In this document: in pieces, positions 31,226 to 41,619 of the stretch
How the letters are laid out: each line of letters opens with the position of its first letter
Position numbering within the stretch: position 1 is the stretch's first letter
IMG/VR virus record: IMGVR_UViG_3300037502_003888
Coordinates: 36,643-100,642 of that record
DNA from: a virus
Length of the DNA: 64,000 nucleotides
Strand: one strand, 5' to 3'
Program-made: the position numbers and the translations under genes
The notes under the pieces: generated by a model
What the model was told of the DNA's origin: nothing
The model's database searches: none
The model's input: the letters and a program-made list of their open reading frames with translations, nothing else

Positions 31226-33028
31226 ATGTCATATACCATTACACTAACAGATGGAACAGTTTTTGCCACAGTAGCGGACGGCACAGTCAACACCAGCAGC
31301 AGCATGGTGTTGGTGGGCAAAAACTATGCTGGTTATGGCCAGTTCTTGGATGAAAACTTCATTCATTTGCTGGAAAACAGCTCCAACACCACAGCACCCA
31401 CAGCACCGCTGACCGGGCAGCTCTGGTGGGACAAAGGCAACGGCCTGCTCAAAGTCTACAACGGTACAGTGTTCAAAACCATATCTGCAGCCACAGCGTC
31501 GGCCACAGCGCCCACGGGGTCTGTGGTGGGCGATCTATGGTGGGACACAGTAAACCTGCAACTCAAAGCCTGGACCGGCAGCAACTGGTTGGTCATAGGA
31601 CCGGGATATACCAGCAGCCAAGGACTCAGTGGAGCCATCACAGAGACCATCAACGACAACGGCGGTAACCCCAAGACCGTGGTGAGCCTCTATGTCAGCA
31701 ATCAACGCGTGGGCATGGTATATGATGGTACCAGTTTCATCCCCCAGGCCAGTCTTCTCAGCACGTTTCCCACGGTGTATCCTGGCATCACGCTCAGCAC
31801 GGCCAACACAGCGATATTCGCAGGCACAGCCAATAATTCTACATACCTAAACAGCCTAACCAGTACTCAGTTCATGCGCAGCGACACCAATACCAGTACC
31901 ACCGGTGTGTTGCGGGTGCTCAACAACACCGGCCTATTTGCCGGTGCTGGCAACGCTTTCAGCGCCAGCCAGAGCAGCAATGATGCTGTGGTGGCCAGCA
32001 CGATCTCTGGACAGAATCTCATTATCCGGGCCAACGTAGGCGGCACCCTTACTACCATAGCCACAGCCCAGGGCAGCAACGGTGCATTTGTAGTGGCCAG
32101 CGCGCTGAGTGTCAATGGTACGGCATCGGTGTCGGGCACGGTCACTGCTGGCAACGTAGCCACAGGCGGCACGGTCAGTGCCACTGGCACCATCACTGGT
32201 GGCAACGTCACCACTGCAGGCACTGTCACTGGCGCTACTATCAACGGCACCACAGTCAGCATTTCGGGCAACGTCACCGGTGGCAACATAATCACTGGCG
32301 GTATAGTATCAGCCACTGGCAACATCACAGCACCTTTTTACTTTGGAAACGGCTCGCAGCTCACAGGCATCGCTGCAGCAGGATCTGCGCAGAAGATAGC
32401 CAATGGTACCAGTGAAGCCAACGTAGGCACTCCCAATGGTAACATCAATATCAACATTGGCGGCACCAGCAACGTCGCAGTTTTTGCCACCAGCGGACAG
32501 GTACTCAAAGGCACCATCACTGTCAACACCGACGGCGGTGCCACTGCCATAGTCAATGGTGCTGCCAACGCCGTGGGCAACATTGGCAGCACTGCCAGGT
32601 ATTTCAACCGCGTGTTTGCCACCAGCACCACTGCTCTCTATGCTGACGTGGCCGAGCGTTTTGAAGCCGACGAAGTCCTGGAAGCCGGTACTGTGGTAGA
32701 GCTAGGCGGTGTCAAAGAAATCACTCGCAGCCGGGAACCGCTCAGCGAGCGGGTGTTTGGTGTGATCAGTTCCCGGGCTGCGTTCTTGATGAACGGCGGT
32801 GCTGGCGAAGATGACACACATCCTCCCGTGGCCATGACTGGCAGGGTGCCAGTCAAAGTCGTTGGTGCAGTGCGCAAAGGCGATCGACTGGTCGCCGCAG
32901 GTGATGGCCTGGCTCGGGCAGCCGCGCCAGGCGAAGCCACACCATTCAATGTGATAGGACGTGCTCTAGAGGATCGCACGGACAGCCATGGTGCAGGTGA
33001 GATTGAAGCCATAGTGACTATCAAATAA
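31226..33028 (+). CDS. Tail fibre protein with G-N-I/V-T beta repeats and a C-terminal peptidase-G2/chaperone-like domain
   Basis: N-terminal LVGKNYAGYG..ENFIHLLEN, GQLWWD and GDLWWD; TG.ITGGN repeats; C-terminal YADVAERF...GVIS...VAMTGRVPVKV..KGD. Confidence 0.8.
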   Translation: MSYTITLTDGTVFATVADGTVNTSSSMVLVGKNYAGYGQFLDENFIHLLENSSNTTAPTAPLTGQLWWDKGNGLLKVYNGTVFKTISAATASATAPTGSVVGDLWWDTVNLQLKAWTGSNWLVIGPGYTSSQGLSGAITETINDNGGNPKTVVSLYVSNQRVGMVYDGTSFIPQASLLSTFPTVYPGITLSTANTAIFAGTANNSTYLNSLTSTQFMRSDTNTSTTGVLRVLNNTGLFAGAGNAFSASQSSNDAVVASTISGQNLIIRANVGGTLTTIATAQGSNGAFVVASALSVNGTASVSGTVTAGNVATGGTVSATGTITGGNVTTAGTVTGATINGTTVSISGNVTGGNIITGGIVSATGNITAPFYFGNGSQLTGIAAAGSAQKIANGTSEANVGTPNGNININIGGTSNVAVFATSGQVLKGTITVNTDGGATAIVNGAANAVGNIGSTARYFNRVFATSTTALYADVAERFEADEVLEAGTVVELGGVKEITRSREPLSERVFGVISSRAAFLMNGGAGEDDTHPPVAMTGRVPVKVVGAVRKGDRLVAAGDGLARAAAPGEATPFNVIGRALEDRTDSHGAGEIEAIVTIK

Positions 33029-33029
33029 C

Positions 33030-34520
33030 ATGAGCATCGGTTCCGGTCAACTCATTGACACAGGTGATTACAATAGCTTTTTAAGTTGGGCTATGATTTA
33101 CATCGCCGGCAATGGCAGCAACACGCAGTACATGGGTTATGGCCAACCCGAAAGTTTTTGGGGAGCTACTTATGTGCAGACCGGAGAATTGATCACTGCA
33201 CAACAGTGGCAGAGACTCATTGGTATCTGTGCTAGTTTGGCTGCATATCAGCAAAACACTTTTGTCACTAATTTTCCACCTTCACCTTCCTCGGGTGAAC
33301 TTATTCCAGGTACCCTCAATTCTCTGACAAACATATTGATTGCCCTCATGCAACAATCCGGTTGGTCTGGATGGAGTGGTCCACAGTACACTGGATGGAC
33401 CGGACAATGTGCCAAGACCGCTGCTACACCAGCTGGAGTCTCTACCATAGAATTCAACAGCCAGGTAATTTTTGGTAGCTATGACGAAGCTCGATATTTC
33501 TGGAATGCTGGCGGCAGGGTCAAGATAGAGTTTAGCAAAAGCAGCACTGGACAACAAGGCGACGCGGATTGGAACAACTTAGCCAACAATGTCATGGCTG
33601 ATCTCTACGTGGTCAGTGGTGGCATACTGCGCCAGCAGACTCAGACCGGTTATCTACGACTCCAGGGGCAAACTTACTATGGTTTTGATGCGTTTGGTGG
33701 CACAGGAAATCCTGCGGTCTACAATAGGCTCAGTGGTTGGTACGATCTTCCGCCCGGCGGAGAATTCACCAAAGTCTATCAACAAAACAGTCCCAACACC
33801 CCTTACAACAACAACAGCATCGAAGTCTACATCAGCAAAAATGCCGCGCAGACACAGTTGAATATCCGCGCAGTCTGGACCAACAACGAAGGTGATCCAT
33901 TCAGTGGTGGTACGGCACCAAACGGTGCCACACCGGGCAGCGCACCTTGCATGATCACAACATATTTTCCGCCCGGTGGTGTGTCTCAAGGATTCTGGCC
34001 TGTGCAGAGCTGGGGCACTCCCTTGGTCAACTGCACTATTTCAGGGCAAGATCCAATCCCGCCGGTCCCGGTGTACACCACAACAAGCATATCTGTGTGT
34101 GATGAATCGAGCCTTCAGCCTAGTAGTTCTAACCCATTATGGGCTGCGTACAAATCCCAAGCTCCTAACACACCATTCTATCTCTTGCAACCAGATACCT
34201 ATGCACCCATGTTGGTGCCCACCTCTCCTCCCTTTAATAATGCCAATCTGGGCTTTGGACCCATATATGTCAACGAGGACTACGGAAATCCGGCCTTGGC
34301 ATCGGACTGGTTTACAATTTGTAATCTCAATTCTATGCCCAGCGGAGGTACGGTGTTTTATTGGATAGATACATCAGCAAGCATGAGCAGTGGAAGAGCA
34401 GTGGAGGCATCATTGAATTTGTTCCTCAGTAAATGTTCAGCAGCAAATTTGACTGCTATCCGTGCACCTACTAGAGGACGGGAGAACTGGTTAGCGCCGT
34501 TTGTACCGTTGCCTACCTAA
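33030..34520 (+). CDS. Fibre/receptor-binding-like structural protein
   Basis: GYGQ...ITAQQW and ARYFWNAGG motifs; follows the fibre gene; distinct C-terminal domain with IDTSASMS. Confidence 0.55.
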   Translation: MSIGSGQLIDTGDYNSFLSWAMIYIAGNGSNTQYMGYGQPESFWGATYVQTGELITAQQWQRLIGICASLAAYQQNTFVTNFPPSPSSGELIPGTLNSLTNILIALMQQSGWSGWSGPQYTGWTGQCAKTAATPAGVSTIEFNSQVIFGSYDEARYFWNAGGRVKIEFSKSSTGQQGDADWNNLANNVMADLYVVSGGILRQQTQTGYLRLQGQTYYGFDAFGGTGNPAVYNRLSGWYDLPPGGEFTKVYQQNSPNTPYNNNSIEVYISKNAAQTQLNIRAVWTNNEGDPFSGGTAPNGATPGSAPCMITTYFPPGGVSQGFWPVQSWGTPLVNCTISGQDPIPPVPVYTTTSISVCDESSLQPSSSNPLWAAYKSQAPNTPFYLLQPDTYAPMLVPTSPPFNNANLGFGPIYVNEDYGNPALASDWFTICNLNSMPSGGTVFYWIDTSASMSSGRAVEASLNLFLSKCSAANLTAIRAPTRGRENWLAPFVPLPT

Positions 34521-34546
34521 CACCTACGAGATCTAACCAATCTAAG

Positions 34547-34575
34547 TTGCTCAAAGCTGTATCTCCTGCTACAAT
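34547..34575 (+). promoter_or_regulatory. Sigma70-type promoter heading the glycosyltransferase/radical SAM island
   Basis: TTGCTC-N17-TACAAT with an extended TGn, ending 5 nt before ATG 34581. Confidence 0.6.
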
Positions 34576-34580
34576 GCGGC

Positions 34581-34886
34581 ATGGACCCACAAGATTTCTA
34601 TCAACAGGCGCGACAGAGATTTGATCACGAAACAGCGCGTCGTGTATTGCGCGAAAAATATCAGGCCAAGCTAAATTTTGGCTTTGCTGGTGGCATGTTC
34701 AAGGCCACTCCCGAACTCATGGTATTCCTGGCCACATGGCCTCACGACACCATGGTGCTGCTGGATCTCTACGAAAATCCCATAGAAGTCAACCGGCCGG
34801 AACTGTTGGAGATCATGCAGCAGCGCTGGCAAGAACAAATGAACGCCTGGCACGCAGAATTACAAAAACTCACAGCCCAAAGATGA
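34581..34886 (+). CDS. Hypothetical protein
   Basis: 101-aa ORF right after the promoter; ATGA-coupled to the next gene. Confidence 0.7.
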   Translation: MDPQDFYQQARQRFDHETARRVLREKYQAKLNFGFAGGMFKATPELMVFLATWPHDTMVLLDLYENPIEVNRPELLEIMQQRWQEQMNAWHAELQKLTAQR

Positions 34887-35686
34887 CCACGGGCGCAGTG
34901 ATTTTGGCCTATGACACCGCTGGCACGGCGTATGTCGACATGGCGGGATGGTGTGCTGCCCGAGTGCAACAATGGTTGGACGTACCTGTGAGCCTCATCA
35001 CAGACCGTGACGTGGATGACAGTAGATTTGATCAAGTGATCACGCACACCACTGATGGTCTCAATCTCCGATATGATCCATCAGCGCGCCGACAATTGCC
35101 TTGGCATAACCACACACGCTGCGATGTGTTTGATCTCTCGCCATATGATCGTACCTTGGTGCTGGACGCGGATTTCGTGATCAACAGCACGGACCTCCGT
35201 GACATCCTGCACCGCGGGCCATCGTTTCTGGCGCATCGCAAGGCCTATAATCTCGCCACAGGACTTGAACTGTGTGAGCTCAATGAATTTGGGCGATATC
35301 GCATGCCCATGTGGTGGGCCACGGTGATTATTTTTGATCGCAATCGTGAAAATCATATCATGTTTGAAGCCTGGCGCATGATACGGGATCATTGGCATCA
35401 CTACTGCAATGTCTACAGCATCGATCAAAAACTTTTCCGCAATGACTATGCCATGAGCATGGCCTTGGCTCTGATGTCAGGACACACCCTGCAGGTGCCG
35501 GCCATCCCCTGGAATTTGGCCACAGCCATGCCTGGAACCGAACTCTCACTATCCCAAGATCAACGGGAGTTCCGTCTGTCGTATCGCGACAGCCAAGACA
35601 GGATTCGTTACATCACACTGTGTGATCAAGATTTCCATGCCATGGACAAAAAACATCTAGGAGATATCGTTGCCGGATCTTCGTGA
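34883..35686 (+). CDS. GT-A glycosyltransferase-like protein (GT8-like)
   Basis: LSPYDRTLVLDADF DxD motif, WATV and FRND; start reassigned to the ATGA overlap at 34883. Confidence 0.7.
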   Translation: MTTGAVILAYDTAGTAYVDMAGWCAARVQQWLDVPVSLITDRDVDDSRFDQVITHTTDGLNLRYDPSARRQLPWHNHTRCDVFDLSPYDRTLVLDADFVINSTDLRDILHRGPSFLAHRKAYNLATGLELCELNEFGRYRMPMWWATVIIFDRNRENHIMFEAWRMIRDHWHHYCNVYSIDQKLFRNDYAMSMALALMSGHTLQVPAIPWNLATAMPGTELSLSQDQREFRLSYRDSQDRIRYITLCDQDFHAMDKKHLGDIVAGSS

Positions 35687-36404
35687 ACGCGGTTACTTGA
35701 TACCGGCCTTTGACACTGAGCACATAGATTATCAGCGCTGTGCCCAGCAGTTGCGAGACAGCATCTTGGCCTGGCATCCCACGGCAGACGTAACCATAGT
35801 GACTCTGGAACAATTACCCTACGGCGATCAAGGTGGACAGGCCAATGATTGGCAGCTATGGCATGTGAGCCCTTATCATGAAACCATCAAGCTCGAGGCC
35901 GACATGTTGGTCAGCAGTCCCATGGATCACTGGTGGAATCTTTTCCAGCTTCGCGACATGGTGATCAGTGTGGGAGCGCGAGATTTTTATAGCCAGCCTG
36001 CGCAGTCTAGATATTACCGTGAAACGTTTGATCGCAACGATCTACCTGATGTATACAACGCCATAACTTATTGGCGCTACAGTCGAACCGCCAAGGAATT
36101 TTTCCAGTGGTGTCAGCGCATCTGGCAGCAATGGGCTGTCTACAGGTCTCTGCTGCGCTTCAGCGATGATATTCCCACCACCGACGTGGTGTATGCCATG
36201 GCGGCCGTGATCATGGGCGTGGATCGCGTGACCTTGCCTGCGCTAGGTCCCACCATCGTACACATGAAACAACACATCATTGGCACGCAAGGTCCAGATT
36301 GGACGCAAGAACTGATATCAGAATATCACCACGGCAATCTCAGGATCAACACTGTGGCACAATGGGGCTGTGTGCATTATGTCAAGAAAGATTGGAAACC
36401 ATGA
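35670..36404 (+). CDS. GT-A glycosyltransferase-like protein, paralog of the upstream gene
   Basis: RGYLIPA, VSPYHETIKLEADM, TTDVVYA and VHMK; TTG start after AGGAG. Confidence 0.65.
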   Translation: MPDLRERGYLIPAFDTEHIDYQRCAQQLRDSILAWHPTADVTIVTLEQLPYGDQGGQANDWQLWHVSPYHETIKLEADMLVSSPMDHWWNLFQLRDMVISVGARDFYSQPAQSRYYRETFDRNDLPDVYNAITYWRYSRTAKEFFQWCQRIWQQWAVYRSLLRFSDDIPTTDVVYAMAAVIMGVDRVTLPALGPTIVHMKQHIIGTQGPDWTQELISEYHHGNLRINTVAQWGCVHYVKKDWKP

Positions 36405-36715
36405 CTCTGGGCCTAGCTGATGTGTATCCCGTGCCACCACAGTTGTTTAGACTGTATCATGATGCCCAAGGGCGTCCGCTTTTTTACAGCATGCAGGATC
36501 TACCAGGGTTGTACATCGACATATCAGTGGAAGAATTCCACCAAGCCAAATTCCGCGTGCGCGTGGTCAACGGACGCATAGAACCCATGCCGTTACCGCT
36601 GTATCCTCGGCTAGTTCCCAGTGATCATGGCCAGCTGTGTCATAAACAAGACGTGTGCATCATAAGCCAAGATGCCGACGCACAACATTGGAGCCTCAGC
36701 GATGAAACGAATTGA
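36401..36715 (+). CDS. Hypothetical protein
   Basis: ATGA-coupled start at 36401; overlaps the next gene. Confidence 0.6.
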   Translation: MTLGLADVYPVPPQLFRLYHDAQGRPLFYSMQDLPGLYIDISVEEFHQAKFRVRVVNGRIEPMPLPLYPRLVPSDHGQLCHKQDVCIISQDADAQHWSLSDETN

Positions 36716-37628
36716 TGTAGCAGATCTAGATTGTATATTCCTCACCTATGATGAGCCACAGCGTGAAGAATTTTGGGCCAAGCTGCGCAACATAGTGCCC
36801 TGGGCCAAGCGAGTTGATGGTGTCAAGGGCAGCGATGCTGCGCACAAGGCTGCTGCTGAAACCAGCAGCACAGAAAGATTCATACTGGTGGACGGAGACA
36901 ATCTCCCCGATGCTGGATTTTTTAATCTTGTGTTGGAATTCGCCTCGCCGGAATGGGAACGGGCAGTGTTTCGTTGGAGGGCTCGTAACCACGTCAACGG
37001 TTTGATGTACGGCAATGGTGGCATCTCCAGCTGGACGCGGGAATTTGTTCGCAGCATGCGCACTCATGAAAACACCGACGGGCGGGCAGAAACCCAGGTT
37101 GAATTCTGTTTTGATCCCTTGTATTGGCCCATGCACGATTGTTACAGCACCACTTATCCCAATGGTTCACCGTTCCAGGCCTGGCGTGCAGGATTCCGCG
37201 AGGGAGTAAAGATGTGCCTCAACAAAGGAGTCAAGCCCAGCCTGGCTGAATTCCAGGCCCAGGTGCATCAGCGCAATCTCGATAATCTCACTGTGTGGCA
37301 CAACATTGGCATGGATGCAGAAAATGGTATCTGGGCCATGGCCGGTGCGCGACAAGGCACATACATGACCATGCTGACACAGTGGAACTATCGTGAAGTA
37401 CAGGATTTCCAAGCCCTGGAGAGATTGTGGCGCACTGTGGAACACACAGATCCCAGAGTCATGGCCGGCAACGTGGGCATAGAGCTGCATGCGCAGTTGG
37501 CCCTGCCAGTGTCGATGTTGGAAGCCGAACAGAGCGCTTTTTTCAAACACCACTATCGCAGTGACTGGCACAATCTCGGTGTCATGACACGAGAGATGGA
37601 TGTGATCCGCCGCAGGGAAGGTTGGTAA
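36702..37628 (+). CDS. GT-A (GT2-like) glycosyltransferase
   Basis: IFLTYDE, RVDGVKGSDAAHKAAA, FILVDGDN (DxD) and AWRAGFREG. Confidence 0.7.
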   Translation: MKRIDVADLDCIFLTYDEPQREEFWAKLRNIVPWAKRVDGVKGSDAAHKAAAETSSTERFILVDGDNLPDAGFFNLVLEFASPEWERAVFRWRARNHVNGLMYGNGGISSWTREFVRSMRTHENTDGRAETQVEFCFDPLYWPMHDCYSTTYPNGSPFQAWRAGFREGVKMCLNKGVKPSLAEFQAQVHQRNLDNLTVWHNIGMDAENGIWAMAGARQGTYMTMLTQWNYREVQDFQALERLWRTVEHTDPRVMAGNVGIELHAQLALPVSMLEAEQSAFFKHHYRSDWHNLGVMTREMDVIRRREGW

Positions 37629-37632
37629 CGCC

Positions 37633-39030
37633 GTGACCTCCAAGGGAGATCAGAGTGATTTCATGGGGCGCGCACAGACCATGCATGACCAGTTGGGTCC
37701 TGCCATGTGCCTGGCCAAATGGAAACAGGTGAGCCTGCATCTCACCACCGGACAGAACAACAGTTGCTATCATCCGCCCCTGCATGCTATATCACCCGAG
37801 GACATCGCCCGTGATCCCGGTGCCTTGCACAATACCCAGCACAAAAAACAACAGCGGGTCATGATGTTGCAAGGTCAGCGTCCCGCAGAATGCCAGTACT
37901 GTTGGAACATGGAGGATCTCGGCAAGCTGTCAGATCGGCATTATCGCAGCGGCGAACCCTGGGCCGCCATTGATTTTGATCGCATCCAAGCCAGCACAGG
38001 GCTGGAAGATGACGTGATCCCCAGTTATGTAGAAGTAAACTTCAACCATGCCTGCAACCTCAAGTGTAGTTACTGCAGCCCACAGTTCAGCAGCAGCTGG
38101 GCCGACGAGATCGCACGTCATGGTGCCTATCCCACCAGCCAGCCACACAATGATCCTGCCCATTTCCAAGGCAGTCGCAGGCCCATACCCGTGCGTGAGC
38201 ACAACCCCTATGTAGAAGCGTTCTGGCAGTGGTGGCCCACGCTGTATCCACAGTTGGTGCATTTCCGCATGACCGGCGGTGAGCCGCTCATGGACCGCAA
38301 CACGCATCGCGTGCTGGACTATGTGATCGAAAATCCCAGCGCGAAACTGCATCTCAATGTCACCAGCAATTTTTCCGTGGATGAGCGACTATGGCAAAAT
38401 TATCTCGCCAAGGTCAAGACCATCTGTGATGGACGCATTGAACATTTCATGCAGTACGTCAGCGTGGATGGCTGGGGCGCACAGGCCCAGTACATGCGGC
38501 ATGGCCTGGATTTCGATCTGCTCTGGGATCGCGTGAATCAGTTCCTCACTGAAATACCCAGTTACAGCAGCATCACTTTCATAGTGACCATGAACAATCT
38601 GTCAGTGACCACACTGGAAAGTCTGTTTGCGGGCATCCTGGGCCTGAGGAAAACTCACAGCGAAACATATCAGAGGGTGTGGTTTGACACACCGGTGTTG
38701 CGAGAACCGGCCTGGCAGAGCCTGCAGATCCTGCCCGAAAGTTATGCTGACCATCTCGAACATCTCTGGGCCTGGATGATACGACAACGTGAACTGCCCA
38801 CGGATCCCTATCATGGTTTCAAGGACTTCGAAATACAACGGCTGGATCGTGACATAGCATGGATGCGCGAGGGTCACAACATGGAGCCAGCGCGCCTCAC
38901 ACAGCTCCGCGCAGATTTCTGGCGTTTTTTCTCCGAGCATGATCGCCGCCGCGGCACTGATTTCCTGGCCACTTTTCCCGAAATGCGCCAGTGGTGGGCG
39001 GAATGCCAACGCTGCGCTAACCTCGGTTAA
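37633..39030 (+). CDS. Radical SAM protein with N-terminal Twitch-type Fe-S domain (1 of 5)
   Basis: CNLKCSYC and TGGEP; N-terminal C..KW...SCYH...ECQYC. Confidence 0.9.
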   Translation: MTSKGDQSDFMGRAQTMHDQLGPAMCLAKWKQVSLHLTTGQNNSCYHPPLHAISPEDIARDPGALHNTQHKKQQRVMMLQGQRPAECQYCWNMEDLGKLSDRHYRSGEPWAAIDFDRIQASTGLEDDVIPSYVEVNFNHACNLKCSYCSPQFSSSWADEIARHGAYPTSQPHNDPAHFQGSRRPIPVREHNPYVEAFWQWWPTLYPQLVHFRMTGGEPLMDRNTHRVLDYVIENPSAKLHLNVTSNFSVDERLWQNYLAKVKTICDGRIEHFMQYVSVDGWGAQAQYMRHGLDFDLLWDRVNQFLTEIPSYSSITFIVTMNNLSVTTLESLFAGILGLRKTHSETYQRVWFDTPVLREPAWQSLQILPESYADHLEHLWAWMIRQRELPTDPYHGFKDFEIQRLDRDIAWMREGHNMEPARLTQLRADFWRFFSEHDRRRGTDFLATFPEMRQWWAECQRCANLG

Positions 39031-39038
39031 ATATCACC

Positions 39039-40379
39039 ATGCAAGATCTCGAATTCCGCCAGCAGGTGCTGGATCCAATCAGTGACAGTTTCTGTGGTGC
39101 CAAGTGGTACAATGCCACGATATGGTTGGGGTCGGGACAGACCACCAGCTGCCATCATCCTCCCGCGCATCACGTAAATATCGAGGATGTCAAGGCCAAT
39201 CCCCGTGCCCTACACAATACCCCGCAGAAAAAACAGGACCGGGAGGCCATGCAGCAGGGACGGAGGCCCGCGGGTTGTGAATATTGTTGGAAAATCGAAG
39301 ACATGGGCCGCGACGCTGTCAGTGACCGCGTGTATAAGAGCCGCATATATCCCATTGAGGCTCTCCATGCTGCGGCTGCGACTGCACCAGATCAAGACAT
39401 CAATCTACGCACTCTCGAGATCTCCTTTGATCGCACTTGTCAGTTCGCTTGCTCTTACTGCAATCCTGCTTTCTCTAGCACCTGGGTCAAAGACATCCGT
39501 GCTAATGGAGCATACACCCATCTTGTTTCCGACGGTCGTAACCACTTCACTCACACTCATGATAGCGCTCAACTTTTTCGCTTTGGAGAACGCAATCCAT
39601 ACGTGGACGCTTTCTTTGAGTGGTGGGAATCTGATCTACATCACACCCTGGAGGAGCTGAGGATCACCGGAGGTGAACCCTTGATGTCGGGTTACACCTG
39701 GCAGCTCATTGACTGGTTCCGTGACAACCCCGGCCGCAGCCGCACACGTCTGGCCATAAACTCAAATCTCGGCATGTCTTGGGATGTGATACAGCGCTTG
39801 TTAGACAGTTGTGCTGGCATAGAGCTTGATGTCTACACCAGCATGGAAAGCATAGGTCCACATGCAGAATATATCCGCGACGGCTTGGATTACACTGAGT
39901 GGTGCATGAACATGGAGCGTGTCATGCACAGCGGTAAATTACGGGCACTGCATGTGATGTGCACCATCAATGCCCTGTGCTTGGAAAGCCTGCCGGAATT
40001 CCTGACATATCTCATGCTGTGGAAACAGCAACATGGTGCTGACTTTCCCAATTTTACCTTGAACATCTTGCGTTTTCCCAGTTTCCAATCGCCCTTGGTG
40101 CTGCCCGACACAGTGCGCACGCATCACAGAGATAGATTGCAGTCATGGTTGGATCGTTGGGGCAACAACATGGCCTTGCAGCAACACGAACGTAATCATG
40201 TGCAGAGGCTCATAGATTATCTCGACGTGGTCAAGACACCACACAGTGATGCCTTTGATATGCCGGCACTGCACAATGACTTTGCACAGTTCTATCGGCA
40301 GTATGATCAACGCCGCGGCAAAGATTTCCGCGCTGCGTTTCCAAATCTACGGGAATGGTATGACTCAATATCAATATGA
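39039..40379 (+). CDS. Radical SAM protein with N-terminal Twitch-type domain (2 of 5)
   Basis: CQFACSYC and TGGEP; N-terminal CGAKW...SCHH...GCEYC. Confidence 0.9.
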   Translation: MQDLEFRQQVLDPISDSFCGAKWYNATIWLGSGQTTSCHHPPAHHVNIEDVKANPRALHNTPQKKQDREAMQQGRRPAGCEYCWKIEDMGRDAVSDRVYKSRIYPIEALHAAAATAPDQDINLRTLEISFDRTCQFACSYCNPAFSSTWVKDIRANGAYTHLVSDGRNHFTHTHDSAQLFRFGERNPYVDAFFEWWESDLHHTLEELRITGGEPLMSGYTWQLIDWFRDNPGRSRTRLAINSNLGMSWDVIQRLLDSCAGIELDVYTSMESIGPHAEYIRDGLDYTEWCMNMERVMHSGKLRALHVMCTINALCLESLPEFLTYLMLWKQQHGADFPNFTLNILRFPSFQSPLVLPDTVRTHHRDRLQSWLDRWGNNMALQQHERNHVQRLIDYLDVVKTPHSDAFDMPALHNDFAQFYRQYDQRRGKDFRAAFPNLREWYDSISI

Positions 40380-41619
40380 CAGCAGTGACCTAGCTCGACC
40401 CGTGGAGCTCAACACACGCGAAGAGTTCTTGCTGAAAAAAAGCCGCGTGTTCTGCATCTATCCATGGATACATTTGCATGCCTATCCCACCGGCGAGGCC
40501 TATCCTTGTTGTCATGCTGAGATGACGCATCCTGTGGGCAATTGCAAATCACAGACTCTCAGAGAGATCTGGCAAGGACCTGAGATGACTGGACTGCGAG
40601 ACAACATGTTGAACGAACGTGAAAGTCCTGCGTGTGCTAGATGTTATGAACAGGAAGCCTCGGGCTTCTTTTCAGGACGTCGCAGTGCCAACAAACATCA
40701 CGGGCATCACATCAAAAAATTACAAGACAATCCTTTTGAGATGACCTACTGGGATATCCGCTTCAGTAATCTCTGCAATCTCCGATGCCGCAGTTGTGGT
40801 CATATCTTCTCAAGCCAGTGGTATCAAGACCAAGCTGCCTTGGCCGGACCTGAGTGGCGCAAAACGCATCAGGTCCTGAACTATGCTGGCCGCACTGACA
40901 TCGACATGTGGGAACAGTTGCTGCCACACATTGATTACGTGGAGCAGATTTATTTTGCTGGCGGCGAACCTTTGCTCATGGAAGAACACTATCGCATCCT
41001 AGATGAGCTGGAACGCCGCGGTAGGTTTGACGTGCGATTGATCTACAACACCAATTTCACACACACGGATCTGAAAGGTCGTTCGGTGTTTGATTACTGG
41101 CGGCGATTTGAATCCGTGGCCGTGGGAGCCAGTCTTGATGCCATGGGCCCCAGGGCCGAATACATCCGCAAAGGCACTGACTGGGCACAGGTGGAAGCCA
41201 ACCGTCGTGCCATGCAAGAGATCTGCCCCCAAGTAGACTTCTACATTTCGCCCACGCTCAGTGTCATGAATGCCTGGCATCTACCTGACTTCCATCGGGC
41301 CTGGGTAGAACAGGGATTCATACAGGCACAGGATCTCAATGTCAACATCCTGCAAGATCCACGATATTATCGCATTGACATCGCTCCCCGGGGTTTCAAA
41401 CAGCAACTCCAGGATCGCTACCAGCAGCACTTGGAATGGTTGGCACCGCAAGATCCGCTGCAGAGAGCCACTGTGGGATTCCAGAGTGCTGTCACATTCA
41501 TGATGGCCACAGACAACAGCCATCTCTTGCCAGAATTCTGGCAGCGCACCCAGAAGCTGGATCATCTGCGACGGGAAGACGTGCTGGCCACATTGCCAGA
41601 ACTAAAGGAACTACAGTGA
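40360..41619 (+). CDS. Radical SAM protein with N-terminal Twitch-type domain (3 of 5)
   Basis: CNLRCRSC and AGGEP; N-terminal FCIYPW...PCC...GN...CARC; start reassigned to ATG 40360. Confidence 0.9.
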   Translation: MTQYQYDSSDLARPVELNTREEFLLKKSRVFCIYPWIHLHAYPTGEAYPCCHAEMTHPVGNCKSQTLREIWQGPEMTGLRDNMLNERESPACARCYEQEASGFFSGRRSANKHHGHHIKKLQDNPFEMTYWDIRFSNLCNLRCRSCGHIFSSQWYQDQAALAGPEWRKTHQVLNYAGRTDIDMWEQLLPHIDYVEQIYFAGGEPLLMEEHYRILDELERRGRFDVRLIYNTNFTHTDLKGRSVFDYWRRFESVAVGASLDAMGPRAEYIRKGTDWAQVEANRRAMQEICPQVDFYISPTLSVMNAWHLPDFHRAWVEQGFIQAQDLNVNILQDPRYYRIDIAPRGFKQQLQDRYQQHLEWLAPQDPLQRATVGFQSAVTFMMATDNSHLLPEFWQRTQKLDHLRREDVLATLPELKELQ

